Of a stretch of DNA of 64,000 nucleotides, positions 9,644 to 19,441 are shown in pieces (within the stretch, counting starts at the first letter, position 1; each line of letters opens with the position of its first letter). The notes beneath the pieces were generated by a model. It was given only the letters and a program-made list of their open reading frames with translations. It was not told the DNA's origin and searched no databases. This stretch comes from an uncultured Acidobacteriota bacterium. Lineage in GTDB: Bacteria > Actinomycetota > Acidimicrobiia > Spongiisociales > ZC4RG35. Location of the stretch: positions 4,905 to 68,904 of the forward strand of contig CAWKEI010000010.1 in assembly GCA_963848695.1 (NCBI GenBank), in the 5' to 3' direction. A program made the position numbers and the translations under genes.

Positions 9644-10588
9644 TGTGGCGTCCCGGCCAGGATCTCGATCTCTACCCGTTCGGCCAGTCGGGGGATCAGG
9701 TCGTCCGATGCGCTTCCCAGCCCGTGCCGGGTCACATTGGCAGCGCCCGCCCCCGAGGCCAGCCGCAGTGAATCCTCAGCCCCGATGCGCCGCCTCATCC
9801 CTGCGGCCAGGGCCGCAGTCATCGAGTCGCCGGCCCCCCGGTAGTCGGCGGGCTCCAGGTCGGGCCCGGTCACCCGGTAGGTCACATCATCCATCAGCGC
9901 CAGAGTCGGGCGAGTGCCCCGCGAGATGACCACATTCCTCGCTCCGGCCCGGATGAGTCGGTGTAGCTCGGCCAACGCGCTCGGGCTCCTCCTCGTCCGC
10001 CAGCAGGCCGTCTTCGATCAGGTCCTCGTCGCTGACCTTGAGCAGGTCGAGGTCGCCGCCTTCCAAGAAGGCATCGAGCTCGCGGCCGTGCAGGTCGCCC
10101 ACCACCCGGGCATCTGCCGCGGCCAGATCGTGACCGAGGCGACGATAGGTTGCGACCGGGACGATCTCTGTGCTCTGGCCCGTGATGACAACCACCTCTG
10201 AGCTGAGGGCATGGTCGAGGATCCTCCCGTAGGCGTCGTCCAGCTCGTGACGGGCCAGGCTGGGCATGGTCGCTTCCGCTATGGCGCTCCTGTCGCCCGA
10301 CCGCCGGTCCTGGACGATGGCCGGAGAGCTCTCCTGTACCTCCACCGGGCTCAGGTCGATTCCCCACTGGCTGATCAGGCTGCGAAGCACCCCGCCCGTC
10401 TCGCCTCCCACCGGGCCACAGAGCAACGGATTCTCTTTCAAATGTCGGAGCATTCGCGCCACCCAGAAGCCCTGGCCGCCGGGGTGGATGTGCACATCGG
10501 GTGGGCCGTCTTCCCGTCCTCTCTCGATGGTCACCGTGAGGCTGAGATGAGGGGCGAAAACGGTGATCCTGTGCCGGTCTTCACCCAT
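9640..10588 (-). pseudogene. PfkB-family sugar kinase (1-phosphofructokinase/ribokinase-like) split by a frameshift near 9960-9980
   Basis: The N-terminal 2/3 (9887..10588) and the C-terminal 1/3 with the GAGDSM anion-hole motif (9640..9975) are in different frames and overlap by ~90 nt. Combined length ~315 aa equals an intact PfkB kinase. Confidence 0.55.
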
Positions 10589-10595
10589 GAGCGGC

Positions 10596-10979
10596 TCAGC
10601 CTTCCCCGGATCCCTCGGTGCCGATCCTGTTGAAACTCCATTCGCCCAGACGCCACATGTCGTGGCCGCCGTGCTCCTCCAGGATGATTGCGGCTCGGGC
10701 CGCTTGCTCGTCGTCCACGTTTACGGATACCACCGAGCGTCCCCCCTCGAGGGCGCGCTCGAGCCGGTCCAGGATTCGGACCTCGTCACCGAAGGCCTGG
10801 GCAACCTTCTTGACCATCGCCGACAACCCTTCTTCATCCTTTGCGGTGAGGTGCGCCCTCCCCTCCTCGCCATGGAGGAGCTCGGCCGGGAATTCCTCCT
10901 GGGCAAGGGCGGCGACGGCCTGGCGGCCTTGTTCGGCATCGTCGATGATGGCCACCACAGTCCCGGTCAGGTCATGCAC
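10596..10979 (-). CDS. hypothetical acidic protein
   Basis: ORF 10596..11003, start uncertain. No motif recognised. Confidence 0.3.
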   Translation of the reverse strand: MHDLTGTVVAIIDDAEQGRQAVAALAQEEFPAELLHGEEGRAHLTAKDEEGLSAMVKKVAQAFGDEVRILDRLERALEGGRSVVSVNVDDEQAARAAIILEEHGGHDMWRLGEWSFNRIGTEGSGEG

Positions 10980-11033
10980 GGGCGGGCACCTACCCCCTGC
11001 CACTTGGGGCCAAACCGCAGGAGCAATATGCGG

Positions 11034-12116
11034 TCAACCAACGAGGAGCGGGATCTCGACCTCGTCCTGGGCGAGGCCACCGTGGTAGGCCCGAAGCCGC
11101 TTGTCGAACCCAGGGGGAAGGAGCACCTTGCCTGGCGGGGCAAGGAGGAGGGCGTCGCCTGACCTGGCGCGCGCCTCAAGGCCGGGTTCGGCGCCGAATT
11201 GGGTGAGAGGGTCGGTCAGCTCCACCCCGACATGTCGGGCGAGGGCATCGAGCAAATCGGGCTCTCCCCAGACATGAACCCCCCTCGGATCTCCCGCATA
11301 GCGGAGAGAATGGAACGGCTCCTGGCGGATGAGGACCTTGTCATCCTCGTTGTAGTCGATCAGCCCGTGGTCGGCTGTTCCCAGCACGGTGACGTCGGGC
11401 GGCATCCTCGAGACGATCTCCTCCCAGAGGTTGGCGGCGAGACGGACCGCCTCGGCAAACTCCGCAGAGGCGAGCCCATGGACATGGCCGGCGAAGTCGA
11501 CCGGCCAGAAGTACGTGAAGATGAGCCGGTTCGGCTCCGCAGCGAGCTGCACCGTGGCCTCCGCGAGATCGTGTTCGTCCCAGGTGCGTTCGAAGCGAGC
11601 GCCGCGGTAGAGCAAGCGGGAGAGAGGGCTGCCGGCGAAAGGCCCCGGCTGAACCGTGATCGGCTCGATGCCGGCCTGGCGAAGCCGTTCCCAGAGATTG
11701 GGTCGGGCCAGGAACGACCCGTAGTCATGATGGACCGGCTGGCCGGACAGATCCACCCATTTCAAGGTGTTCACCACGCGTCCCGCCTCCTCCAACCAGC
11801 AGAGATGGGAGATGAGACCGTGCTGCCCGGGCGCGAGCCCGGTGGCCACGGTGGCCAGAGCGACACTCGTCGTGGTTGGAAAGGGCGCTCGCAACGTCTC
11901 TCGATGCGATTCGCGCAAGGATCGGGCTGCCTCGTGGGCCAGTTGTGCAGTGCCGAGACCGTCGAACAGGATGAGGACATATGACCGCCCGTCAGGGATC
12001 GACCTGGCGATCGAGGGGTCGAGCGGAAGTGATGGCGAGTTGCCGATCAGCCTTGTCTCGAGCTCCGCGACGAGGTTGACCAGACCTGCGGAGTCTGGAG
12101 AGGGGGCGTCCGCCAT
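11034..12116 (-). CDS. alkaline-phosphatase superfamily protein (type I phosphodiesterase / nucleotide pyrophosphatase-like)
   Basis: Metal-site-like motifs LILFDGLG, FPTTTSVALATVATG (Thr nucleophile region) and VLGTADHGL. Confidence 0.55.
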   Translation of the reverse strand: MADAPSPDSAGLVNLVAELETRLIGNSPSLPLDPSIARSIPDGRSYVLILFDGLGTAQLAHEAARSLRESHRETLRAPFPTTTSVALATVATGLAPGQHGLISHLCWLEEAGRVVNTLKWVDLSGQPVHHDYGSFLARPNLWERLRQAGIEPITVQPGPFAGSPLSRLLYRGARFERTWDEHDLAEATVQLAAEPNRLIFTYFWPVDFAGHVHGLASAEFAEAVRLAANLWEEIVSRMPPDVTVLGTADHGLIDYNEDDKVLIRQEPFHSLRYAGDPRGVHVWGEPDLLDALARHVGVELTDPLTQFGAEPGLEARARSGDALLLAPPGKVLLPPGFDKRLRAYHGGLAQDEVEIPLLVG

Positions 12117-12174
12117 CGATCCAGGCTAGGGCCGGCTCCACAGTTTTTGCCGATGGCAGTTGGAGTTTCCAAAC

Positions 12175-12203
12175 TTCGACGGAAAAGGACCCGTGCGTAT
12201 ACT
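12175..12203 (+). promoter_or_regulatory. candidate sigma-70-type promoter of the nuo operon (TTCGAC-17 nt-TATACT)
   Basis: The -35/-10 hexamers with 17-nt spacing lie ~35 nt upstream of the nuoA ATG, and an AGAGG RBS precedes the start. Confidence 0.3.
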
Positions 12204-12236
12204 CGCCCGCGGTGGTGTCCATCGACCCGCAGAGGC

Positions 12237-12602
12237 ATGAGCCCTTACTTTGAGAGCTATCTGACGGTCGGCGCTTTCGCCGTACTGGGCGCCATCCTGG
12301 TGATGGTGATGCTCGGGGTCGCCGCTGTGCTTCGGCCCACCAATCCCACTACCGCCAAACGCCTCACCTATGAGTGCGGCGTTGACCCGGTCGGCTCAGG
12401 ATGGAGCCAGAGTTACGTCCGCTATTACGTCTACGGGCTCCTCTTCGTCATCTTCGACGTCGAGGCAGTGTTTATCTTCCCGTGGGCAATCGTGATCGAG
12501 CAGTTGGGCACCTTCGGTCTCGTCGAGATGTTCATCTTCATCGACATCCTGATCCTGGGTCTGGTCTACGCCGTTCGCAAGGGAGTGCTCCGGTGGGAGT
12601 AG
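12237..12602 (+). CDS. nuoA: NADH-quinone oxidoreductase subunit A
   Basis: 121-aa 3-TM protein with FPWAIV motif. Start taken at the internal ATG (MSPYFESY) after the promoter. Confidence 0.88.
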   Translation: MSPYFESYLTVGAFAVLGAILVMVMLGVAAVLRPTNPTTAKRLTYECGVDPVGSGWSQSYVRYYVYGLLFVIFDVEAVFIFPWAIVIEQLGTFGLVEMFIFIDILILGLVYAVRKGVLRWE

Positions 12603-13090
12603 TCCAGAAGTTCGGGGCCCCGAAGCCGGTGACCTGGCTTCTCAATTGGTCCCGGAAATACTCCTTGTGGCTGTTCCAGTTCGGCCTCGCCTGCTGCGCC
12701 ATCGAGCTGATGGCCGCCTCGGGCCCGCGTTTCGACTTCATGCGGTTCGGGATCATCCCGCTGCCTGCCTCCCCCCGCCAGGCGGACTTGATGGTGGTGG
12801 CGGGCACTGTGACCGACAAGATGGCGCCCGCCATTCGCCGTCTCTACGACCAGATGCCCGATCCGAAATACGTGATCTCGATGGGATCCTGCGCCAACTG
12901 CGGCGGGCCTTATTGGGACTCGTACTCGGTCACCAAGGGGGTCGACCAGGTGATCCCGGTCGATGTCTACGTACCGGGCTGCCCGCCCCGCCCCGAGGCG
13001 CTGATGGACGGGATCGTCTTGCTCCAGCAGAAGATCCAAGGCGAGGACATCAAAGAGAAGTGGAGCAGGCGTGACCTCGAGCCCGTCTGA
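12593..13090 (+). CDS. nuoB: NADH-quinone oxidoreductase subunit B (N2 Fe-S subunit)
   Basis: [16 protein letters not shown] and [11 protein letters not shown] cluster-binding motifs. GTG start overlapping the nuoA stop. Confidence 0.9.
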   Translation: MGVVQKFGAPKPVTWLLNWSRKYSLWLFQFGLACCAIELMAASGPRFDFMRFGIIPLPASPRQADLMVVAGTVTDKMAPAIRRLYDQMPDPKYVISMGSCANCGGPYWDSYSVTKGVDQVIPVDVYVPGCPPRPEALMDGIVLLQQKIQGEDIKEKWSRRDLEPV

Positions 13091-13712
13091 GACCGAGGCT
13101 GCGGACTCGGAGGTTGGGGCCGCAGCCCCGCATCCGCTCCAAGAGTTCGCCGATCATGTGGCCGAGACGGTCGGGGGGTCGGCAACGATCACCTTCGACA
13201 CGGTCAAGGTGGAGGTGAGCCCGGACCATTGGGTATCGGCGCTGACCACGGCACGGGACGACCTGGGGCTCGTCTTCTTCTCCTGGCTCTCCGCCGTGGA
13301 CTGGTCGTCCGAAGTCGAGGTGGGCGACCCATTCCCCGAAGAGGTCGAGGATCGTGTGGAGCTCCTGGCCACGGTGGGCGACATCTCAGAGGGGCGGCGG
13401 GTGACATTCTCCACCACCTTGCCCAAGGAATCGCCCTCAGTCGCCAGCCTGGTCGAGGTCTACGCCGGGGCCAACTGGCACGAACGAGAAGCCCATGAGA
13501 TGTTCGGGATTGGTTTCGATGGGCATCCGAACCTCGCCCATCTCTATTTGCCCGACTCCTTTGAGGGGAATCCCCTGCGCAAGAGCTTTCCCCTTCTCAG
13601 CCGGGAGGTGAAGCCTTGGCCAGGCACCGTCGACGTCGAGAAGATGCCCGGTGACAGCGACGAGGAGGGCGAATCGGCGGACGGCCCCTCGGAAGAGAAC
13701 CCGGAGGCGTGA
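13071..13712 (+). CDS. nuoC: NADH-quinone oxidoreductase subunit C
   Basis: [22 protein letters not shown] and [14 protein letters not shown] motifs. Separate from nuoD (not fused). Confidence 0.85.
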   Translation: MTSSPSETEAADSEVGAAAPHPLQEFADHVAETVGGSATITFDTVKVEVSPDHWVSALTTARDDLGLVFFSWLSAVDWSSEVEVGDPFPEEVEDRVELLATVGDISEGRRVTFSTTLPKESPSVASLVEVYAGANWHEREAHEMFGIGFDGHPNLAHLYLPDSFEGNPLRKSFPLLSREVKPWPGTVDVEKMPGDSDEEGESADGPSEENPEA

Positions 13713-13713
13713 C

Positions 13714-14904
13714 GTGGTATTAGATCAGGACCTCGTTCGCCATCTCTCCGAGTCGTCGGTCTCGGTGGAGCTCGAGACCGAGGACATGACTCTCAACATC
13801 GGCCCCCAGCATCCATCGACGCACGGTGTCCTCCGGCTCGTGGCCCGGGTCGACGGTGAGCGTGCCTTCGACATCCAGCCGGTGATCGGATACATGCATC
13901 GCGGGTACGAGAAGCTCTCCGAGGTGAGGACCTACCCCCAGATCACAACCCTCGTCAACCGGATCGACTGGGTATCGGGTTACGCAAACGAGATCCCATT
14001 CGTCGTCGCTGCGGAAAAGCTGCTCGGCCTCGAGGTGCCGGAGAGGGCGCAGTACATCAGGCTGATTCTCACCGAGATGGCCCGGATCTCCTCACATCTC
14101 ATCTTCATGGCCTCCTATCCGCTCGAATTGGGGGCGGCGACCCCTCTCTTCTTCGCCCTCAGGGAAAGGGAGCGAGTGCTCGATCTCCTCGAAGGTGTGA
14201 CCGGGGGCAGGTTCCACCCCAACTTCAACCGGATCGGCGGGGTCAAGCCCGCGTACGGGTCTGGCTCGAGCACCCGAAAAGTCATCCAGGACCTCCCAGC
14301 CGGGTTCTTCGCCGAGACCCGGGAGGCGATGGACAAGGTGTTGGAGGCGGTCGATGAGCTCGAGCAGCTGGTCGCCGACAACGAGATCATCCTGGCCCGC
14401 ACCAAAGGCGTCGGGGTCCTGCCTGCCGATGTGGCCGCGGCGTACGGAGTATCGGGCCCCAATCTCCGCGCCTCAGGCGTCGGTTTCGACCTGCGCAAGG
14501 TCGAGAACTACCTGCCATACCACTTGTTCGATTTCGAGATCCCGGTCGGGGAGAACGGGGACTGCTGGGATCGGTGGCATGTGCGCCTCCTCGAGATCCG
14601 CCAGTCGGTCCGAATCGTGCAGCAAGCCGTCGACGGCATCCCGTCGGGGCCGCTTCAGGCCAAGGTGCCCAAGGTCATCAAAGTCCCTCAGGGAGAGACC
14701 TACGTGAGGGCGGAGAACCCAAAGGGGGAGATGGGGTACTACCTCGTGTCCAATGGGAACCAGGGGCCATACCGGCTGAAGATCCGCTCCGCCAGCTTCT
14801 CCAACATCTCCATCCTCCCCTGGATCCTGGAGGGCGTGCTGGTCCCCGACATCATCGCCATCATGGGATCGCTGGATTTTGTGCTCGGGGACGTGGATCG
14901 ATGA
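13714..14904 (+). CDS. nuoD: NADH-quinone oxidoreductase subunit D
   Basis: NIGPQHPSTHGVLRL N-terminal signature, ~397 aa. GTG start just after the nuoC stop. Confidence 0.9.
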   Translation: MVLDQDLVRHLSESSVSVELETEDMTLNIGPQHPSTHGVLRLVARVDGERAFDIQPVIGYMHRGYEKLSEVRTYPQITTLVNRIDWVSGYANEIPFVVAAEKLLGLEVPERAQYIRLILTEMARISSHLIFMASYPLELGAATPLFFALRERERVLDLLEGVTGGRFHPNFNRIGGVKPAYGSGSSTRKVIQDLPAGFFAETREAMDKVLEAVDELEQLVADNEIILARTKGVGVLPADVAAAYGVSGPNLRASGVGFDLRKVENYLPYHLFDFEIPVGENGDCWDRWHVRLLEIRQSVRIVQQAVDGIPSGPLQAKVPKVIKVPQGETYVRAENPKGEMGYYLVSNGNQGPYRLKIRSASFSNISILPWILEGVLVPDIIAIMGSLDFVLGDVDR

Positions 14905-15908
14905 TTGAGTTCGTAACGGAGCTCTTCTCCAACTTCTGGGTCTCGCTGGCCGGGAAGCTGCTCCTAGTCGCCCTGATGATCCCGCTGGTGGGAATGGTCA
15001 TCGGCTTCGCCGAGATGAAGCTCTCCGCCAAGATGCAGGCCCGGGTCGGTCCCTATTTCGCCGGCGGGCGATGGGGGTGGGCACAGCTCATCGCCGATGG
15101 CGTCAAGTTCTTCCAGAAGGAGGACCTGGTCCCGGACGAAGCCGACCGCCCGGTGTTCAAGCTCGCCCCGGTGTTGGTGCTGGTGAGCACGGTCGCCCTG
15201 CTTGTGGTCATCCCATTCGGCCCGGACCTGATCTTCCGGGATCTGTCCGTTGGAATCTTCTTTGCCCTCGCCATCTCGTCGTTGAGCACCGTCGGCATCC
15301 TCATGGCCGGGTGGTCTTCGGGGAACAAGTACTCCTTGATGGGCGGGCTGCGTGCGGCCGGGCAGCTGATCGCCTATGAGTTGCCACTCGTGCTGGCCGT
15401 CATCGGGTCGGTCATCCTCGCCGGGACCATGAGCATGAGCGGGATCGTGGAAGCTCAGATTGCGGCTGGCTACCCCTACGTGATCCTCCAATTCATCGGC
15501 TTCGGGGTATTCATGATCGCCGCGCTTGCGGAGCTGAGCCGGATTCCCTTCGACATGCCGATCGCCGAGTCGGAACTGGTGATGGGCTATCTCACGGAGT
15601 ACTCGGGCTTCCGCTTCCTATTCTTCTTCCTCGCCGAGTTCGCCAACATGTTCTCCCTCTCGGCGATCGCGGTCACCCTGTTCCTCGGCGGGTACTGGCT
15701 GCCGGGCATACCCGAGGATGCCCTGGCCTATGCCGGGCCCGTCATCCTGCTCGGCAAGACGTTCCTTCTCGTCTTCACCATGATCTGGTTTCGCTGGACC
15801 TTCCCCCGGTTCCGTGAGGACCAACTGCAGAATCTGGCCTGGAAGTGGCTCATCCCCTTGGCCCTGGCCAACATCATCCTCACCGGGGCCTTCAAGGTGT
15901 ACTTGTGA
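14901..15908 (+). CDS. nuoH: NADH-quinone oxidoreductase subunit H, follows nuoD directly (no nuoE/F/G)
   Basis: [16 protein letters not shown]...[32 protein letters not shown], 8-TM. ATGA overlap with the nuoD stop. Confidence 0.9.
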   Translation: MIEFVTELFSNFWVSLAGKLLLVALMIPLVGMVIGFAEMKLSAKMQARVGPYFAGGRWGWAQLIADGVKFFQKEDLVPDEADRPVFKLAPVLVLVSTVALLVVIPFGPDLIFRDLSVGIFFALAISSLSTVGILMAGWSSGNKYSLMGGLRAAGQLIAYELPLVLAVIGSVILAGTMSMSGIVEAQIAAGYPYVILQFIGFGVFMIAALAELSRIPFDMPIAESELVMGYLTEYSGFRFLFFFLAEFANMFSLSAIAVTLFLGGYWLPGIPEDALAYAGPVILLGKTFLLVFTMIWFRWTFPRFREDQLQNLAWKWLIPLALANIILTGAFKVYL

Positions 15909-15940
15909 CGACGACGAACAACCGTCGTGTGCTGCCCGGC

Positions 15941-16405
15941 ATGGGAATGGCCAAGGGGCTGTGGGTGACCATCTACACGATGTTCCGCACCATCTTCCGC
16001 CCCGGGAAGTACCTGGCCACGGTCAACTACCCCAAGGTCAAGGAGACCCCGGTGCCCCGGGCCCGAGGGGTGATCGCCCTCGACCAGGAGGCGTGCACGG
16101 TGTGCATGCTCTGCGCCCGAAACTGCCCCGACTGGTGCATCTATATCGAGGGACACAAGGAGGAGAAGGCGCCGGACAAGCCCGGCGGCCGGATCAAGGT
16201 TCGCAACACCCTCGACCGGTTCGATATCGACTACGCCCTGTGCATGTACTGCGGAATCTGTGTCGAGGTCTGCCCCTTCGACGCCCTGTTCTGGTCGCCG
16301 GAGTACGAGTACTCGGAGACCCATATGGGTGAGATGCTCCATGACATGGATCGGCTCCAGGACTGGTTGGAGACGGTGCCGGCAGACCCGGAGCTGGAGA
16401 AGTGA
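15941..16405 (+). CDS. nuoI: NADH-quinone oxidoreductase subunit I (2x[4Fe-4S])
   Basis: Two ferredoxin motifs [12 protein letters not shown] and [12 protein letters not shown]. Start may be the GTG 12 nt upstream. Confidence 0.88.
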   Translation: MGMAKGLWVTIYTMFRTIFRPGKYLATVNYPKVKETPVPRARGVIALDQEACTVCMLCARNCPDWCIYIEGHKEEKAPDKPGGRIKVRNTLDRFDIDYALCMYCGICVEVCPFDALFWSPEYEYSETHMGEMLHDMDRLQDWLETVPADPELEK

Positions 16406-16953
16406 GTTTGGGTGACTGGGTCTCGGCTCCGATCAACTGGGTTTTCGTCGTGGTCGGGGGTTTGACCCTGTTCTCATCGATCAAGGTGGTGACCTCCAAG
16501 AACGTGGTCCACGCCGCCCTGTACCTGATCGGCGCCCTCGGTGGCACCGCCGTCTTGTTCCTGATGCTCTCGGCCGAGTTCGTCGCATGGGTCCTGGTCC
16601 TGGTCTACATCGGTGCAGTCTTGGTCCTCTTCCTCTTCGGGATCATGATCACCCGAGCTCCCACCGGGAAGGACGTGGGGCTGGACTCGCCGAAGAAGGT
16701 ATTGCCCGCGATTCTCTCCGCAACCACCTTCGTCCTCCTCTCCTGGGCCTCCATCGATGGTTTCGGGTCCACCGAGATCGAAGGGCTGGGTGAGGCAACT
16801 TCGACCGAAGTGCTCGGGCTGTCGCTGTTGGGGCGGTTTGTCATCCCATTCGAGGTGGTGTCCTTCGTTCTCCTCGCCGCGCTCGTCGGCGGGATCACCA
16901 TCGCCCGGCGTGATCTGAGCCCTCTCGAAGAAGAACAGCGGGGGGCGGTCTGA
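16402..16953 (+). CDS. nuoJ: NADH-quinone oxidoreductase subunit J
   Basis: 183-aa membrane protein with NuoJ-like N-terminus. GTGA overlap with the nuoI stop. Confidence 0.85.
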   Translation: MSLGDWVSAPINWVFVVVGGLTLFSSIKVVTSKNVVHAALYLIGALGGTAVLFLMLSAEFVAWVLVLVYIGAVLVLFLFGIMITRAPTGKDVGLDSPKKVLPAILSATTFVLLSWASIDGFGSTEIEGLGEATSTEVLGLSLLGRFVIPFEVVSFVLLAALVGGITIARRDLSPLEEEQRGAV

Positions 16954-17258
16954 TGTTGCTCAACCAGTTCCTGATCCTGGCGGCGGCGATGTTCTCCCTC
17001 GGCATCTATGGCCTGCTCGTCCGGCGCAACATCGTGTTGATCCTGCTCTCGGTGGAACTGATGCTGGCCGCGGTAAACATCAACTTGATCGCCTTCGAGT
17101 CGGTCCTCAGATCCCCCGATGCCATCGGCCAGGTCTTCACGGTGTTCGTCATCACAGTGGCCGCCGCCGAGGTCGGGATCGGGCTGGCCATCGTCCTGAT
17201 GATCTTCCGCAATAGGAAGTCTGCAAACGTCGACGAGCTCAATCTGATGAGATGGTGA
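16953..17258 (+). CDS. nuoK: NADH-quinone oxidoreductase subunit K
   Basis: 101 aa, [26 protein letters not shown]...ELMLAAVNINLIAF. Confidence 0.9.
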   Translation: MLLNQFLILAAAMFSLGIYGLLVRRNIVLILLSVELMLAAVNINLIAFESVLRSPDAIGQVFTVFVITVAAAEVGIGLAIVLMIFRNRKSANVDELNLMRW

Positions 17259-17270
17259 AAGTGGCTGTGT

Positions 17271-17372
17271 TTGATTGCCGGCCGACTTCGCCCTTCGGCA
17301 ACCCTCATGTCGCGAGGTGGGCCTCCTATCGCGTCATCACACCTCAGGGCGAACAGACGCCGGTCGGCCGGG
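17271..17372. repeat. ~100-nt hairpin-forming intergenic repeat, copy A, inserted between nuoK and nuoL
   Basis: The 24-nt 5' block TTGATTGCCGGCCGACTTCGCCCT and the 3' block GGGCGAACAGACGCCGGTCGGCCGG are shared with 55883..55986. The blocks can pair (CCGGCCGAC/GTCGGCCGG, TTCGCCC/GGGCGAA) around a ~52-nt variable loop. Confidence 0.5.
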
Positions 17373-17397
17373 GCTTCCGCCTCGCTGGAGATCGACC

Positions 17398-19425
17398 GTG
17401 AGCTGGATCATCGCGACTGAGGCGGAGCACGCGGTCGAGGCCGGTGTGACCGGTGGGTTCTGGGTGGACACCGCCGGGATCATGCTGCTCCTCCCCCTCG
17501 TCGCCTTCCTGCTCATCCTCGCTGTCGGGAAGAGGATGAAGTACCACGGAGCCGAGATCGCCATCGCGGCGCTCGCCATCAACAGCCTCTGGGCCACCGT
17601 CCTGTTCGTCATGAACATGACCGACGGCGTCCTCGCCCAGGAAACCTTCGAGATCGCCTCGATCGGGAGCAATCTCGTCTTCGAGCTGGGATGGGTGGTC
17701 GACGGTCTGTCGATCATGATGTACTTCTTGGTCAACGTGGTCGGCCTGATCGTGTTCATCTACGCGGTCGGCTACATGAAGGGCGACATCAGGGTCGATT
17801 GGTTCTTTGCCGCTTTCTCCCTTTTTGCCGGCTCGATGCTCATCCTGGTGGGCGCCCCCAACCTGATCCAGCTGATCATCGGGTGGGAGGGGGTCGGTCT
17901 CGCTTCCTACTTCCTGATCGGCTTCTACTGGGAGGACATGGCCAACGTGAACGCGGGCAACAAGGCGTTCATGGTCAACAAAGTGGCCGACGTCGGGCTG
18001 ATCCTGGGGGCGATCATCCTCGGGCTCGCCATCGGCACGTTTGACTTCTTCGACATGAGCACGGCTGCCTTCGAGCACTCCGAGCCCCTTGGCGCAGTTG
18101 CCGTCGTCGGTGGAGCCCTGCTCTTCTTTGGAGCGATGGGCAAGAGTGCCCAATTCCCCCTTCACATCTGGCTCCCCGACGCGATGGCCGGCCCGACCCC
18201 GGTCTCGGCGCTGATGCACGCGGCCACCATGGTCACTGCCGGGATCTATCTGATGGGTCGGGTGTTCCCCCTCTTCGAGTACCTCGCCTTCGACATCAGG
18301 CCCTGGATGGTGGCGATCGGGGCCATCACGCTCTTCGGCGTCGGTCTCCTCGCCCTGGTGGCCGACGACATCAAGAAGGTGCTCGCCTATTCCACCGTCT
18401 CCCAGCTCGGGTACATGATGACCGCGGTGGCAGCGGGCGGCTACACGGCCGGCCTCTTCCACCTCTTCACCCACGCCTTCTTCAAGGCACTTCTCTTCCT
18501 TGGGGCCGGGGCGGTGATCCACGCCGTCCATTCCAACAACATGAGCGACATGGGAGGTCTGCGCAAGGCGATGCCCCGCACCTACTGGACCTTTGTCGTC
18601 GGCTCCCTCTCTCTAGCTGGGATCATCCCCCTGGCCGGGTTCTGGTCCAAGGACGAGATCCTGGTTGCCCTGGGTCACGAGGGTTACGTCGCCGTGATGT
18701 GGATCGCCATCGCCGGCGCCTTCGTCACGGCTTTCTACATGACCCGAGCGGTGGCCCTCACCTTCCACGGGGAGTACAAGGGCCAGGGCCACCCCCACGA
18801 GGCACCCGCCATCATGACCGTGCCTTTGGTCTTCTTGGCCATACCGTCGATCCTCTTCGGGTTTTTCAATGTCCCCGGCTGGGAGATCCCCGGCATCGGG
18901 AACTTCAGCCAATGGCTGGCGGTGCGGGTAGTCCCGATGGGCGACGAGCACGCCGAGGCGATCGATCTGGTTCTGGCCGGGAGCGGGTTGTTCGCCGCGC
19001 TCCTCGGCATCGCTCTGGGGTGGATGGTCTGGGGCAAGGACCGGGCGACTCAGGCGGAGCGGGACCGCTTCGAGGTCCCGGCGCTCTATCCGCTGCTGCG
19101 CAACAAGTACTACGTCGACGACCTCGCCGATGGGATCACCGCCGGGACGATGGGCCCGGTGGCCCGGTTCATCAACTGGGTCAACGACTACGTGATCGAC
19201 TGGATCGTCAACGGTGTGGCCTTCCTCACCAAGGGTCTGGGCTCTTTCGTCTACGGCGTGGTCGATCAGCGCGGGGTCGACGGTGTGATCCATGGTCTTG
19301 GCGCCGGGGCGGACGGCGCCGGATCGGCCCTACGGCGATTGCAGACGGGCCGGATTCAGCAGTACGCGGCGTCGTTCGTCGGGGGCGCCCTGGTCTTGAT
19401 CGTCCTGTTCGTGTTCGTGATATAG
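17398..19425 (+). CDS. nuoL: NADH-quinone oxidoreductase subunit L (antiporter-like)
   Basis: 676 aa from GTG (VSWIIATEAE). The upstream part of track ORF 17275.. is translation of the repeat element. Typical NuoL TM architecture with C-terminal long helix region. Confidence 0.9.
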   Translation: MSWIIATEAEHAVEAGVTGGFWVDTAGIMLLLPLVAFLLILAVGKRMKYHGAEIAIAALAINSLWATVLFVMNMTDGVLAQETFEIASIGSNLVFELGWVVDGLSIMMYFLVNVVGLIVFIYAVGYMKGDIRVDWFFAAFSLFAGSMLILVGAPNLIQLIIGWEGVGLASYFLIGFYWEDMANVNAGNKAFMVNKVADVGLILGAIILGLAIGTFDFFDMSTAAFEHSEPLGAVAVVGGALLFFGAMGKSAQFPLHIWLPDAMAGPTPVSALMHAATMVTAGIYLMGRVFPLFEYLAFDIRPWMVAIGAITLFGVGLLALVADDIKKVLAYSTVSQLGYMMTAVAAGGYTAGLFHLFTHAFFKALLFLGAGAVIHAVHSNNMSDMGGLRKAMPRTYWTFVVGSLSLAGIIPLAGFWSKDEILVALGHEGYVAVMWIAIAGAFVTAFYMTRAVALTFHGEYKGQGHPHEAPAIMTVPLVFLAIPSILFGFFNVPGWEIPGIGNFSQWLAVRVVPMGDEHAEAIDLVLAGSGLFAALLGIALGWMVWGKDRATQAERDRFEVPALYPLLRNKYYVDDLADGITAGTMGPVARFINWVNDYVIDWIVNGVAFLTKGLGSFVYGVVDQRGVDGVIHGLGAGADGAGSALRRLQTGRIQQYAASFVGGALVLIVLFVFVI

Positions 19426-19441
19426 GAGAGGTAGAGAGCAA

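Noticed and set aside
17344-18531. 395-aa minus-strand ORF inside nuoL, and similar ORFs antisense to nuoM/nuoN (for example 20579..21739, 19601..20236)
   Set aside because: They are antisense to strongly supported Nuo subunits, with Asp/Glu/Arg/Pro-rich low-complexity translations. High-GC artefacts.
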